Both the position numbers and the translations under genes were made by a program. From Bacteroidota bacterium (GTDB lineage Bacteria > Bacteroidota > Bacteroidia > Bacteroidales > CAIWKO01): a stretch of DNA of 64,000 nt. This document shows positions 38,792-49,403 of this stretch, in pieces. The stretch lies in contig JBAXWF010000002.1 of assembly GCA_037128515.1 (NCBI GenBank), positions 49,586 to 113,585 of the forward strand, given 5' to 3'. The stretch's first letter is position 1; the number at the start of each line of letters is the position of its first letter. The notes beneath the pieces are model-generated. The model saw only the letters and a program-made list of their open reading frames with translations. It searched no databases and was not told the DNA's origin.

Positions 38792-39184
38792 ATGGCAAAA
38801 ACTTCTGCTAAATCAGCAAAGAAAAGAGTAGTTAAGGTAGACCCAATCGGTAAGGCTTATGTCTTTGCATCGTTCAATAACATTATTATTTCGCTGACAA
38901 ATATGAATGGTCAGGTAATTTCATGGTCGTCGGCTGGTAAAATGGGATTCAAAGGGTCAAAAAAGAATACTCCGTATGCAGGTCAAATGGCTGCTGGCGA
39001 TTGTGCTAAGGTTGCCTATGATTTCGGCTTGCGAAAAGTTAAAGTATATGTAAAAGGACCCGGAGCAGGTAGGGAATCATCTATCAGGTCAATCAGTGCT
39101 GCTGGTATAGAAGTGACAGAAATTATTGACGTTACTCCAATGCCACATAACGGTTGCCGTCCACCAAAAAGAAGAAGAGTTTAA
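38792..39184 (+). CDS. rpsK: 30S ribosomal protein S11
   Basis: Conserved S11 sequence ([16 protein letters not shown]). Confidence 0.96.
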   Translation: MAKTSAKSAKKRVVKVDPIGKAYVFASFNNIIISLTNMNGQVISWSSAGKMGFKGSKKNTPYAGQMAAGDCAKVAYDFGLRKVKVYVKGPGAGRESSIRSISAAGIEVTEIIDVTPMPHNGCRPPKRRRV

Positions 39185-39208
39185 ATTTTATCGAAAATAT
39201 AATTAGAT

Positions 39209-39814
39209 ATGGCAAGATATATTGGTCCAAAGACAAAGATTGCAAGAAAGTTTAAAGATGCCATTTATGGCCCTGATAAATCTTTTGAAAAAAAGAACTA
39301 TCCTCCAGGGCAACATGGTCAAACTAAAAAAAGGAAAAAACAATCAGAATACGGCGTTCAGTTACAAGAAAAACAGAAAGCAAAATATACATACGGAATT
39401 CTTGAAAAACAATTTAAGATTACTTTCGAGAAAGCAAGTCGTAAAAAAGGAATAACTGGTGAAGTGTTATTACAACTTATCGAAGCTCGATTAGATAATG
39501 TTGTGTATCGCTTTGGTATTTCACCTTCGCGTAACGGAGCACGTCAATTGGTTTCTCATGGACATATTGAAGTGAACGGAAAAGTTGTTAATATCCCATC
39601 GTATAGTTTGAAAGCAAATGATATTGTTTCTGTTAGAGAAAAATCAAAATCGCTCGAAGTAATTAATGAAGCATTGTTAAAACATTCTAACCGTTTTAAT
39701 TGGTTAGAATGGGATCAGGAGAAAATGATTGGTAAATTTATGAGTTATCCAGAACGCGATCAGATTCCTGAAAATATCAATGAACAACTTATCGTCGAAT
39801 TGTACTCGAAATAA
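39209..39814 (+). CDS. rpsD: 30S ribosomal protein S4
   Basis: Conserved S4 sequence ([15 protein letters not shown]). Confidence 0.96.
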   Translation: MARYIGPKTKIARKFKDAIYGPDKSFEKKNYPPGQHGQTKKRKKQSEYGVQLQEKQKAKYTYGILEKQFKITFEKASRKKGITGEVLLQLIEARLDNVVYRFGISPSRNGARQLVSHGHIEVNGKVVNIPSYSLKANDIVSVREKSKSLEVINEALLKHSNRFNWLEWDQEKMIGKFMSYPERDQIPENINEQLIVELYSK

Positions 39815-39844
39815 GATTTAAAATTAATAATTGAAAAAATATAT

Positions 39845-40837
39845 ATGGCAATATTAGCTTTTCAAAAACCGGATAAGGTTGTAATGTTGGAGTCTGACGA
39901 TTTCTTCGGAAAATTCGAATTTCGTCCACTCGAACCTGGATATGGGACAACTGTTGGCAATTCCTTAAGAAGAATATTACTTTCTTCTCTTGAAGGATTT
40001 GCAATTACCAATATAAAGATTAATGGTGTTGAACAGGAGTTCTCATCCATAGAGGGTGTGTTGGAAGATGTACCTGAAATCATCCTTAATTTAAAAAAAA
40101 TCTGTTTTAAGAGACAGATTGAATCGATTACTAATGAAAAGGTTGTTGTTACACTTTCTGGTAAAGATGTTATTAAAGCAGGTGAAATGAATGCATTTCT
40201 TTCAGGATTTCAGGTGTTGAACACGGAAGAAGTAATTTGCCACCTAGAGCCCGAAGTGATTTTGGTAATGGAAATTACTATTGACAAAGGAAGAGGTTAT
40301 GTTCCCGCTGAGGATAATAAAATACTTAATGGTGCGCTTGGAACTATTGCTATAGACTCAATTTTTACACCGATTCGGAATGTGAGATTTGTTGTGGAAA
40401 ACTATCGTGTTGAGCAGAAAACCGATTATGAGAAACTAGTGCTCGATATTACCACAAACGGTTCTATTCATCCTAAAGAAGCATTAAAAGAAGCTGCAAA
40501 AATATTGATACACCACTTCTTACTTTTTTCAGATGAAAAGATTACGATGGATACTGAAGAAAAAGCAGTTGTTGAGGAATTTGACGAAACTTCGTTGCAT
40601 ATGCGCCAATTATTGAAAACAAAACTTGTTGACCTTGATTTGTCAGTAAGAGCGCTTAATTGTTTGAAAGCTGCTGATGTTGAAACTCTGGGAGACCTAG
40701 TTTCATATAACAAAAATGATTTGCTTAAATTTAGAAATTTTGGTAAAAAATCATTAACGGAATTAGAAGAACTTGTAAAAGCAAAAAATCTACAATTCGG
40801 AATGAATATTTCCAAATACAAATTAGATAAGGATTAA
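39845..40837 (+). CDS. rpoA: DNA-directed RNA polymerase subunit alpha
   Basis: 330 aa. NTD motifs and a C-terminal HhH ([20 protein letters not shown]). Confidence 0.96.
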   Translation: MAILAFQKPDKVVMLESDDFFGKFEFRPLEPGYGTTVGNSLRRILLSSLEGFAITNIKINGVEQEFSSIEGVLEDVPEIILNLKKICFKRQIESITNEKVVVTLSGKDVIKAGEMNAFLSGFQVLNTEEVICHLEPEVILVMEITIDKGRGYVPAEDNKILNGALGTIAIDSIFTPIRNVRFVVENYRVEQKTDYEKLVLDITTNGSIHPKEALKEAAKILIHHFLLFSDEKITMDTEEKAVVEEFDETSLHMRQLLKTKLVDLDLSVRALNCLKAADVETLGDLVSYNKNDLLKFRNFGKKSLTELEELVKAKNLQFGMNISKYKLDKD

Positions 40838-40842
40838 AAGAG

Positions 40843-41451
40843 ATGAGACACAACAAAACCATTAATCAATTAGGAAGAACAACTTCACATAGAAAAGCGA
40901 TGCTTGCCAATATGGCCTCATCGTTAATATTACACAAGCGCATTGCTACTACGGTTGCAAAAGCAAAAGTTCTGAGAGGTTATGTGGAGCCTTTAATTAC
41001 CAAATCAAAAGAGGATTCTACTCATTCGCGCAGAACTGTGTTTAGTTATTTAGGAAATAAAGAAGCTGTAACAGAACTTTTTAGAGATATCTCGAAGAAA
41101 ATTGCTGATCGTCCGGGTGGATATACGCGTATTCTTAAAACCGGTGCACGTTTGGGTGATAACGCTGAAATGTGTATCATTGAATTGGTTGATTACAACC
41201 AAATCATGTTAGGCGAAAAAGAAGCCAAGGCTGCAAAATCAGGAACTAGAAGACGTCGTTCGAGTGGAACGAAAAAAACTACTGAAAATGTAGCTGTAGC
41301 AAAAGAAGAAAAGAAAACAGTAGCACCTAAAGCTAAAAAAACCACTGAGCTGGAAGCTAAAATTAAACCGGAACCTGAAGTAGCTGTAGAACCAGAAGTT
41401 GTTGAAGAGCCTGAAAAAGGCGAAGATAAAGTTACTGATAAAGAAGAATAA
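40843..41451 (+). CDS. rplQ: 50S ribosomal protein L17 (Lys/Glu-rich C-terminal extension)
   Basis: Conserved L17 N-terminal 120 aa ([21 protein letters not shown]). Confidence 0.94.
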   Translation: MRHNKTINQLGRTTSHRKAMLANMASSLILHKRIATTVAKAKVLRGYVEPLITKSKEDSTHSRRTVFSYLGNKEAVTELFRDISKKIADRPGGYTRILKTGARLGDNAEMCIIELVDYNQIMLGEKEAKAAKSGTRRRRSSGTKKTTENVAVAKEEKKTVAPKAKKTTELEAKIKPEPEVAVEPEVVEEPEKGEDKVTDKEE

Positions 41452-41472
41452 TTCTAACAGAAAAATTGAAAA

Positions 41473-41507
41473 GGGATAAGGTTTTTGATAACTTTATCCC
41501 TTTTTTT
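41473..41507 (+). terminator. rho-independent terminator after rplQ
   Basis: GGGATAAGGTT...AACTTTATCCC stem (1 mismatch) followed by T7. Confidence 0.75.
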
Positions 41508-41522
41508 ATTAAAAAATAGTAA

Positions 41523-42845
<1,323 letters not shown>

Positions 42846-42862
42846 ATTTTATATCGAATAAA

Positions 42863-42898
42863 AAGATAGGGATGCGAATTTTCGCATCCCTATCTTTT
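42863..42898. terminator. bidirectional terminator between convergent eno and the MTAP gene
   Basis: 15-bp perfect stem AAGATAGGGATGCGA/TCGCATCCCTATCTT, 4-nt loop, flanked by A-run and T-run. Confidence 0.85.
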
Positions 42899-42919
42899 AT
42901 TTAAAAAACGAAGGTAATT

Positions 42920-43672
42920 CTATTGTTTTGTTAAGATAGTAACGATTTTGATAAGCAGTTGTTTTACGTTTTCTGCGTTTTTTTGAAATACCTCCAAGAT
43001 GGCTTCCCAGGTAACAGGTTCTTCATCGGTTTTCCAACAATCGTAATCAGTGCTTAAAGCAATTGCAGCATAGGGAATGCCTGCTTCGTTAGCCAACATG
43101 CATTCGGGGGCGGTACTCATGTTGATGACGTCGGCACCAAACAATCGAAACATGTGTGATTCGGCACGGGTTGAAAAACGCGGTCCTTCGATGGTTATAA
43201 CTGTACCCGTTTTGCGAAAAGGAATTGCTGTTTCGTCTGCCGATTGTATGATGATATTGCGCAATTCATCGGAAAATGGAGTGGCCATAGGCGTGTGAAT
43301 GGGTTGATGCGGTTGGAAGGTATCGTGAAAAGTGTTTTTGCGGAAGCGAGTGAAATCGATAAACTGATCTAAAATTACCATGTGCCCACGACCGATATCT
43401 TCGCGCAAGCTGCCACAAGCTGTGGTAGCAATGATGTGGGTGCACCCGATTTGTTTCAACGCCCAAATGTTTGCTCGATTGTTGACATGCGTGGGAGAAA
43501 TGGTGTGCTGTTTGCCGTGGCGCGAGAGAAACACCACATCTAATCCGTGCATGCTGCCTTGGAGTAGGGTGGAACTTGTTTCGCCGTAGGGTGTTGTGAT
43601 AGTTTTCTCAACAGGATTTTTAAAAATATCGAGGGTTTCCAGGCCTGAGCCGCCTATAAATGCTAATTTCAT
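42920..43672 (-). CDS. S-methyl-5'-thioadenosine phosphorylase / purine nucleoside phosphorylase family
   Basis: Motifs MKLAFIGGSG, FLSRHG, NIWALKQIGCTHIIATTACGSL. Confidence 0.85.
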   Translation of the reverse strand: MKLAFIGGSGLETLDIFKNPVEKTITTPYGETSSTLLQGSMHGLDVVFLSRHGKQHTISPTHVNNRANIWALKQIGCTHIIATTACGSLREDIGRGHMVILDQFIDFTRFRKNTFHDTFQPHQPIHTPMATPFSDELRNIIIQSADETAIPFRKTGTVITIEGPRFSTRAESHMFRLFGADVINMSTAPECMLANEAGIPYAAIALSTDYDCWKTDEEPVTWEAILEVFQKNAENVKQLLIKIVTILTKQ

Positions 43673-43734
43673 GGTGTGTTGTTTGTTTTATGGGTGTTTG
43701 TATGGGTATGATTTGATTTTAAATTACTTTGATG

Positions 43735-44106
43735 TTATTGGTTTAATTGTCGGGGGTGATTTTCGTCTTTCTTAATAAAACCATTTAATATGCTGCTGAC
43801 AAAGGAAACTATAATACTAAACAATAGAGCCCACCAAAAACTTTCGACTCGGAAGGAAGGGACAATTTTTGCGGCAAGCATAACTATTAAAGCGTTTATG
43901 ACAAAAATAAACAAACCCAAAGTGAGCACCGTGGCTGGAATACTGATAAAAACCATTATGGGTCGCACTATGGCGTTTAAAATTGCCAGGGTGAAGGCAA
44001 CCAAAATTCCCGTAAGGAAATTGTCGACTTGAATGTGGGACGACATTAGCCAAGCAGCTACCATAACCGCACAGGCCGTGAAAAAAACTTTTATAATGAA
44101 TCGCAT
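43735..44106 (-). CDS. small 4-TM membrane protein (holin superfamily IV / DUF360-like)
   Basis: Start at MRFIIKVFF. The motif LNAIVRPIMVFISIPATVLTLGLF is typical of this family. Confidence 0.65.
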   Translation of the reverse strand: MRFIIKVFFTACAVMVAAWLMSSHIQVDNFLTGILVAFTLAILNAIVRPIMVFISIPATVLTLGLFIFVINALIVMLAAKIVPSFRVESFWWALLFSIIVSFVSSILNGFIKKDENHPRQLNQ

Positions 44107-44205
44107 GAGGAGAATTTTTAACAAAGTTACGTTTTTTTAGTGTGGAATTAATCGTTTTTTAATCCAATATTTATGGGTTTAAGTAACTTTGCACATATTT
44201 GGTGC

Positions 44206-47037
44206 ATGAAAAAATTAATTTTTGTCGTTTTCATTTTTTTGTCGGTTCAATTGCAGGCGCAGTTTTACGATTTGGGTCAAGACCCGGCTGGGGTGACATG
44301 GCGGTGCATAAATACCACGCATTTTAAAATTATTTTTCCGTCCGAACTAGAAATACAGGCACAACATGTAGCCAACATGCTTGAAACAGCATACTTGCCT
44401 TTAAGCGCTTCGCTGAAATCAAAGGTGGTGCGAATTCCCGTGGTGTTGCACAATAGGGCTGTGATTTCGAACGCGGAAGTGCCCTGGGCACCGAAAAGAA
44501 TTGAGTTATACACCTGTCCCGCTCAGGACGATTATGCGCAACCTTGGCTGGACCAGTTGGTGGTTCACGAGTTTCGACATGTGGCGCAGTATTCTAAAAT
44601 CAACTCGGGTTTCACCAAAGTGCTTTCATATTTGTTCGGACAGCAAATTACGGCAGGTGTGATGGGGGTGTTTGTGCCATTTTGGTTTATTGAGGGCGAT
44701 GCTGTGTGCATGGAAACTGCTTTTAGCCAGTCGGGTAGGGGAAGGGTTCCGTCGTTTGAAATGGAGCTTCGCACTCAAGTAATGCAAAAAGGAATGTATG
44801 GCTACAACAAAGCGGTGTTCGGCTCTTATTCAACCTACACCGCCGACCGCTACATATTGGGCTACAATTTGGTGGCTATGGGTCGATTGTATTTTACGCC
44901 TGCGCTGTGGGAACAAGCTATGAACCGTTCAGCTAAAATGCCTTTTATGATTGTGCCCTTTAGCAGCGGCTTGAAAAAAGTGAGCGGGTTGCGTAAAGTT
45001 AAGTTGTATAAGTATTTTATAACTCAACTTGATAGCATGTGGAGAGCGCAGGACGCCGCCACGCCAAAAACCAGCCTGACTCTTGTTTCGACAAAGAATA
45101 ATAAATTGTATACCAACTATACCAAAGGAAATCTTGGTACTAGCGGTGCATATTTTACTGTAAAATCGGGCATGAACGATATTACGCGTTTTGTTTTGAT
45201 TGACAGTGCCGGCAACGAACACCGCTTGTTTACGCCGGGTTCCTATATGGCTTTGTCGCTTTCGTGTCGTGGAAATAAGATGGTGTGGGCCGAAAATTCG
45301 TACGATGTACGATGGGAAAATCGCACCTACAGCGTGATTAAATCATACGACGCCAAAACACATCGTTTTAGACAATTAACGCATCGCAGCCGATTTTTTG
45401 CTCCTGCTTTGAACCACAAAGGCGACCGGATTGTGTGTATGGAACAATCGACCACCCAAATGTCGTATGTGGTGGTGCTGGATGCCCGAAATGGTGAGGT
45501 GTTGCGTTGCTTTGCTGTGGATACGGGCGATTTTGTGCAAATGCCCTCCTGGGCCGACAACGATAAAGATATTGTGTTTGTGGCACTGAACCGATTTGGT
45601 AAAAGAATTTGCTTGCTGGATTCGACCGATAATTTGCATGAGCTCACTACGGCATCTTTCATGGAAATAAGTCAGCCACAAAAAATAAAAAATCGTGTGT
45701 ATTTTGTGGGCGCTTATTCAGGTATCGATAATATTTATGTGTTGAATACCACCTCGAATCAAATTTTTCAGGTTACTTCGTCGCAATTTGGGGCTACCAA
45801 TCCTTGCGTTTCGGACGATGAAACCCAGTTGCTGTATTCGGATTATACGGCTAACGGCTATAGGCTGGTAAGGGCAGTCATCGATTCATTGAAATGGGTT
45901 CCTATTGAAAATGTGGCCAACAACGCAGCAAAACTATATGAAGGCCTCGCTAAAAGCGAGTCGGGGGTGCTGGATTTTTATAAACAGGGCAAAACCCAAT
46001 TTCGCGTGAAGCGGTACTCAAAAGCGTTAAATTTATTCAATTTTCATAGCTGGGGACCGATTTCGGTTGATGCCGACAACACTTCGGTGAAACCAGGCTT
46101 TGAAATTATGTCGCAAAACCCATTGAGCACTATGGTGATAAGTGCAGGTTACGCGCACCAGTGGCTGAAACCCACACAAGAATTGTATGCAAAAATTAGC
46201 TACACAGGTTGGTTTCCGAAAATAGATTTAACGTTCAAATATCAATTCAACAAGCAAGATGAAATACGTTACGACGAAATTTCTGCACAACTGGCCATTC
46301 GGTTGCCGCTAAAACTCACAAAAGGAAAATATTCGTTTATGGTTCAACCGCAGGTGGCTTTGGCTTTTTACGACGTGATGGGTCGAAGCAATTATCCCGA
46401 AAATGCGTTTTCGGGCTACTTTCAGACCTTAGAATACCGCCTAGTGGCCTACGGTTTGTTAAAAATGTCGGCACGCGATATCAATTCGCGTTGGGGGCAG
46501 ATGCTGGATATCAATTACCGTCATACACCTTTTGGAGGTGCGAATTTAGGAAACATTTTTTCGGCCGAGGCGCTGTTGTATTTCCCCGGCATTGGCAAGC
46601 ACCACAGTTTGAACGCGTATGTGGGTTGGCAACAAAACAAGGCAGTTGATTTTGCTTTTAGCGATTTGATTACGATGCCACAGGGTATTGATTTGAGTGG
46701 GAAGCGGCAAACTTTGGTGGGCAAGTTTGCCTACGAAATGCCATTGTTTTACCCCGATTGGAGTTTGGGTGGGGTGCTTTATATTAAACGTTTTCGCGCG
46801 GGCTTGTACTACGACCAGGCTTTTGCTCAAGATTTTGAGCGCAACATTTACCATGTCAACTCGGTGGGGGCTTCGTTGATTGCTGATTTTCACGTTTTGC
46901 GTTTTTTGGCACCGCTGAGCATGGGGGTGCGGGCCACCTATGTTTTCGGCACCGGTCGGCTGGTTCCCGAGTTTGTTTACAGCGTAAATTTCAATCAGCT
47001 ATACTTTAAACCAACCTTTTCGCGTTTTAACAACTAA
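44206..47037 (+). CDS. large secreted protein with an HExxH motif, a repeat-rich middle and a beta-barrel-like C-terminal part
   Basis: Signal peptide MKKLIFVVFIFLSVQLQAQ. HEFRH lies in LVVHEFRHVAQY. About 943 aa. Domain calls beyond the motif are inferred. Confidence 0.7.
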   Translation: MKKLIFVVFIFLSVQLQAQFYDLGQDPAGVTWRCINTTHFKIIFPSELEIQAQHVANMLETAYLPLSASLKSKVVRIPVVLHNRAVISNAEVPWAPKRIELYTCPAQDDYAQPWLDQLVVHEFRHVAQYSKINSGFTKVLSYLFGQQITAGVMGVFVPFWFIEGDAVCMETAFSQSGRGRVPSFEMELRTQVMQKGMYGYNKAVFGSYSTYTADRYILGYNLVAMGRLYFTPALWEQAMNRSAKMPFMIVPFSSGLKKVSGLRKVKLYKYFITQLDSMWRAQDAATPKTSLTLVSTKNNKLYTNYTKGNLGTSGAYFTVKSGMNDITRFVLIDSAGNEHRLFTPGSYMALSLSCRGNKMVWAENSYDVRWENRTYSVIKSYDAKTHRFRQLTHRSRFFAPALNHKGDRIVCMEQSTTQMSYVVVLDARNGEVLRCFAVDTGDFVQMPSWADNDKDIVFVALNRFGKRICLLDSTDNLHELTTASFMEISQPQKIKNRVYFVGAYSGIDNIYVLNTTSNQIFQVTSSQFGATNPCVSDDETQLLYSDYTANGYRLVRAVIDSLKWVPIENVANNAAKLYEGLAKSESGVLDFYKQGKTQFRVKRYSKALNLFNFHSWGPISVDADNTSVKPGFEIMSQNPLSTMVISAGYAHQWLKPTQELYAKISYTGWFPKIDLTFKYQFNKQDEIRYDEISAQLAIRLPLKLTKGKYSFMVQPQVALAFYDVMGRSNYPENAFSGYFQTLEYRLVAYGLLKMSARDINSRWGQMLDINYRHTPFGGANLGNIFSAEALLYFPGIGKHHSLNAYVGWQQNKAVDFAFSDLITMPQGIDLSGKRQTLVGKFAYEMPLFYPDWSLGGVLYIKRFRAGLYYDQAFAQDFERNIYHVNSVGASLIADFHVLRFLAPLSMGVRATYVFGTGRLVPEFVYSVNFNQLYFKPTFSRFNN

Positions 47038-47039
47038 CA

Positions 47040-47693
47040 ATGGCAGCAACTTTGAAACGGGCATGTATTTTTGGCATCATTCTGTGGGTGTTTGTGATGC
47101 ATGCCATCGGGCAAACCGACACAAAGGGTGCTATGGTGAAATATTCGCGCGAGTTTAAATTTCGCGATGGAATTTATGCCACGTTGGGCGAATGGAAGCG
47201 GAACAGCCCGGAGATAGTGCAATTTGAAGCGCTGAAGGAACAAGGAAATAGGGGTATCGACAATTTTGTGCTGAAATACACCAGCCCAGATTCGAACGGG
47301 CTTATGCAAACTTTTTACGTGAAAAAATGTTTCGCCTTTGTAAAAAACGGCGTTTTGTACTTTTCGCAGGGCGATTATGGCTACTATCGCATGTTTATTG
47401 TGGGCGCGTTGAGCCATTATATGAAATACAAACGCAGTACCAACCCGCAATACAGCTCGTTTAACGACCCTGGCAGCATGTTGTGGTCAACCGAAGAATA
47501 CACTGAATTTTTGATGGATTTTAAATCGGGCGAAAGTTTTGAATTTACGTTTCTGAATTTCAGAGAATTTTTAAAACAACATGACCCCGAGTTGTCGGTT
47601 GAATTGGAAAAAGCAAAAAACAAACGCGACATGATTCACCATTATCTGTTGCTGTATAACGAAAAACACCCCATTTTCTTTCCTGCTGACTAA
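47040..47693 (+). CDS. hypothetical secreted protein
   Basis: Starts 2 nt after the preceding stop. N-terminal signal-like segment. Confidence 0.65.
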   Translation: MAATLKRACIFGIILWVFVMHAIGQTDTKGAMVKYSREFKFRDGIYATLGEWKRNSPEIVQFEALKEQGNRGIDNFVLKYTSPDSNGLMQTFYVKKCFAFVKNGVLYFSQGDYGYYRMFIVGALSHYMKYKRSTNPQYSSFNDPGSMLWSTEEYTEFLMDFKSGESFEFTFLNFREFLKQHDPELSVELEKAKNKRDMIHHYLLLYNEKHPIFFPAD

Positions 47694-47739
47694 AAAGCGT
47701 ATTTGTGGTTTGTAACTTGGTGTTTGTAATTTTTCGCAA

Positions 47740-48444
47740 TTATCTTTCGTGCAGTCCGCATTCCTTATGATTGGCATCTTCCCACCACCAGCGGCCTGCG
47801 CGGGCGTTTTCGCCTTCGGCAACGGCCCGAGTGCAGGGTTGGCAGCCGATGGATTTGTAGTTTTTGTCGTGCAATTTGTTGTAGGGCACGTGCATGGCGC
47901 GTATAAAAGCCCATACATCGATCTCGGTGAGCTGTAAGAGCGGATTTACCTTCAAAATCTCAAACTCCAAGTCCCATTCAAACAATTGCATATCGGCGCG
48001 GTATTCCGACTGTTCAGCACGCAATCCTGTAATCCAGCAGTGCTTCCCGTTGAGGGCTTTTTTCAGCGGCTCAATTTTGCGAATGTGGCAGCACAGTTTG
48101 CGGTTGTCAACGCTTTCGTAAAACAAATTGATTCCTTTCAAATTCACCATAGCCTCCACCTGCGCTGCATCGGGAAACAAAATACGGATGCTGATACCGT
48201 AGCGTTCGCGAGTGCGTTCCATCAGGCTGTAGGTATCGGCAAAAAGGCGTCCCGTGTCGAGCGTAACAATTTCTATAGGCATTTTTTCTGAGCCAATCAG
48301 GTGCGTTAGCATTTGGTCTTCTGCACCCATACTTGTGGATAGCAGTAACTTACCGGGAAAGCGCACCGTGCAGGCTTTCAAAATTTGGGCGGGTGTGCCT
48401 GTAGCAAATTGTTGGTTCAGTTGGTCAATTTCCGTTGCTAACAT
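47740..48444 (-). CDS. cysH: phosphoadenylyl-sulfate/adenylyl-sulfate reductase (thioredoxin-dependent, Fe-S type motifs)
   Basis: C-terminal ECGLH motif, plus Cys pair CC (KLCCHIRK) and CxxC (GCQPCT). Confidence 0.88.
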   Translation of the reverse strand: MLATEIDQLNQQFATGTPAQILKACTVRFPGKLLLSTSMGAEDQMLTHLIGSEKMPIEIVTLDTGRLFADTYSLMERTRERYGISIRILFPDAAQVEAMVNLKGINLFYESVDNRKLCCHIRKIEPLKKALNGKHCWITGLRAEQSEYRADMQLFEWDLEFEILKVNPLLQLTEIDVWAFIRAMHVPYNKLHDKNYKSIGCQPCTRAVAEGENARAGRWWWEDANHKECGLHER

Positions 48445-48453
48445 GATTAAAAA

Positions 48454-49299
48454 TTAGGATGACAAAAAATGTTCGAGCGAATCAATTTCTTTAACACGCA
48501 CGCCTTTGTCGGTGTGTTGCACCGAGCAACATTCGTTTAAAGCATCATGTTGAAACATCAAAATATAGTTTTTGTTGGCGGCTTCGTTCAAAAAGCGTTC
48601 TTTTTCTTCGGCCGAAATCAGCGGACGGGTATCGAAGCTTGCAATGTAGGGTAGCCCGATGTGCGCGGCCGTGGGGATAAAATCGGCCATAAAAACCAGC
48701 GTTTTGTGTTTAAATTTCAGCATAGGAATCACTTGGCCATCGGTGTGCCCGTTTTTGAGTGATAGCCAAATGTTGGGCGTTAGCGCACCTTCTTTTTCAA
48801 TAAATTTTAGCTTGCTCGAATGGATGATGGGGTTCAAATTTTCGGGCAAGTACGATGCTTTTTCTCTTACATTTGCATTTTGTGCCCAGTTCCATTGTGC
48901 TTTGGAGCACCAATAGGTGGCTTTTTTAAACACGGCCACAGCTTGGTTTTTATCGTTTAAACGGAAAGCACCCCCACAATGATCGAAATGCAGGTGTGTG
49001 AAAACCACATCGGTAACCTGCAATGGCGAAAAACCTTTAGCGCGGATTGATTTGGGCAAATTGTCGGGGTTCGAAACACAAAAATTGTTTCTAAACCGCT
49101 CGTTTTGTTTGTTGCCAATGCCTGTATCAAAAAGTATCAACCGTTCGCCGTCTTGCACCAGCAAATTTCGCAAGGCGCAGTTCAGCATATTGTTTTCGTC
49201 GGCAACAAACAGCTTGCCCCACATTGATTTTGGTACCACACCAAAACAGGCACCTCCGTCTAGTTTGAAACGTTCGGCATGCACAAAATTTATTTCCAT
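48454..49299 (-). CDS. MBL-fold metallo-hydrolase
   Basis: THLHFDHCGG motif. Start chosen at MEINFVHAERF. Lies 9 nt upstream of cysH. Confidence 0.8.
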   Translation of the reverse strand: MEINFVHAERFKLDGGACFGVVPKSMWGKLFVADENNMLNCALRNLLVQDGERLILFDTGIGNKQNERFRNNFCVSNPDNLPKSIRAKGFSPLQVTDVVFTHLHFDHCGGAFRLNDKNQAVAVFKKATYWCSKAQWNWAQNANVREKASYLPENLNPIIHSSKLKFIEKEGALTPNIWLSLKNGHTDGQVIPMLKFKHKTLVFMADFIPTAAHIGLPYIASFDTRPLISAEEKERFLNEAANKNYILMFQHDALNECCSVQHTDKGVRVKEIDSLEHFLSS

Positions 49300-49326
49300 A
49301 GTTGAGCCATAGTTTTTTAAGAAATG

Positions 49327-49334
49327 CAAAATTA
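49327..49334 (-). promoter_or_regulatory. candidate -7 box TAATTTTG for the MBL-cysH operon
   Basis: TAnnTTTG match on the minus strand, 28 nt upstream of the start. Confidence 0.4.
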
Positions 49335-49403
49335 CGATAATTTTCAAAAACAGAGGCTGCCTCTATCAGAAACAGACTCGCTTTGTTACACATCAACTGT
49401 GTT

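Noticed and set aside
47034-47450. 138-aa minus-strand ORF overlapping the 47040-47693 plus-strand ORF.
   Set aside because: The plus-strand ORF has a signal-peptide-like N-terminus and is translationally coupled to the upstream gene. The minus-strand product lacks any feature and would start inside another gene.
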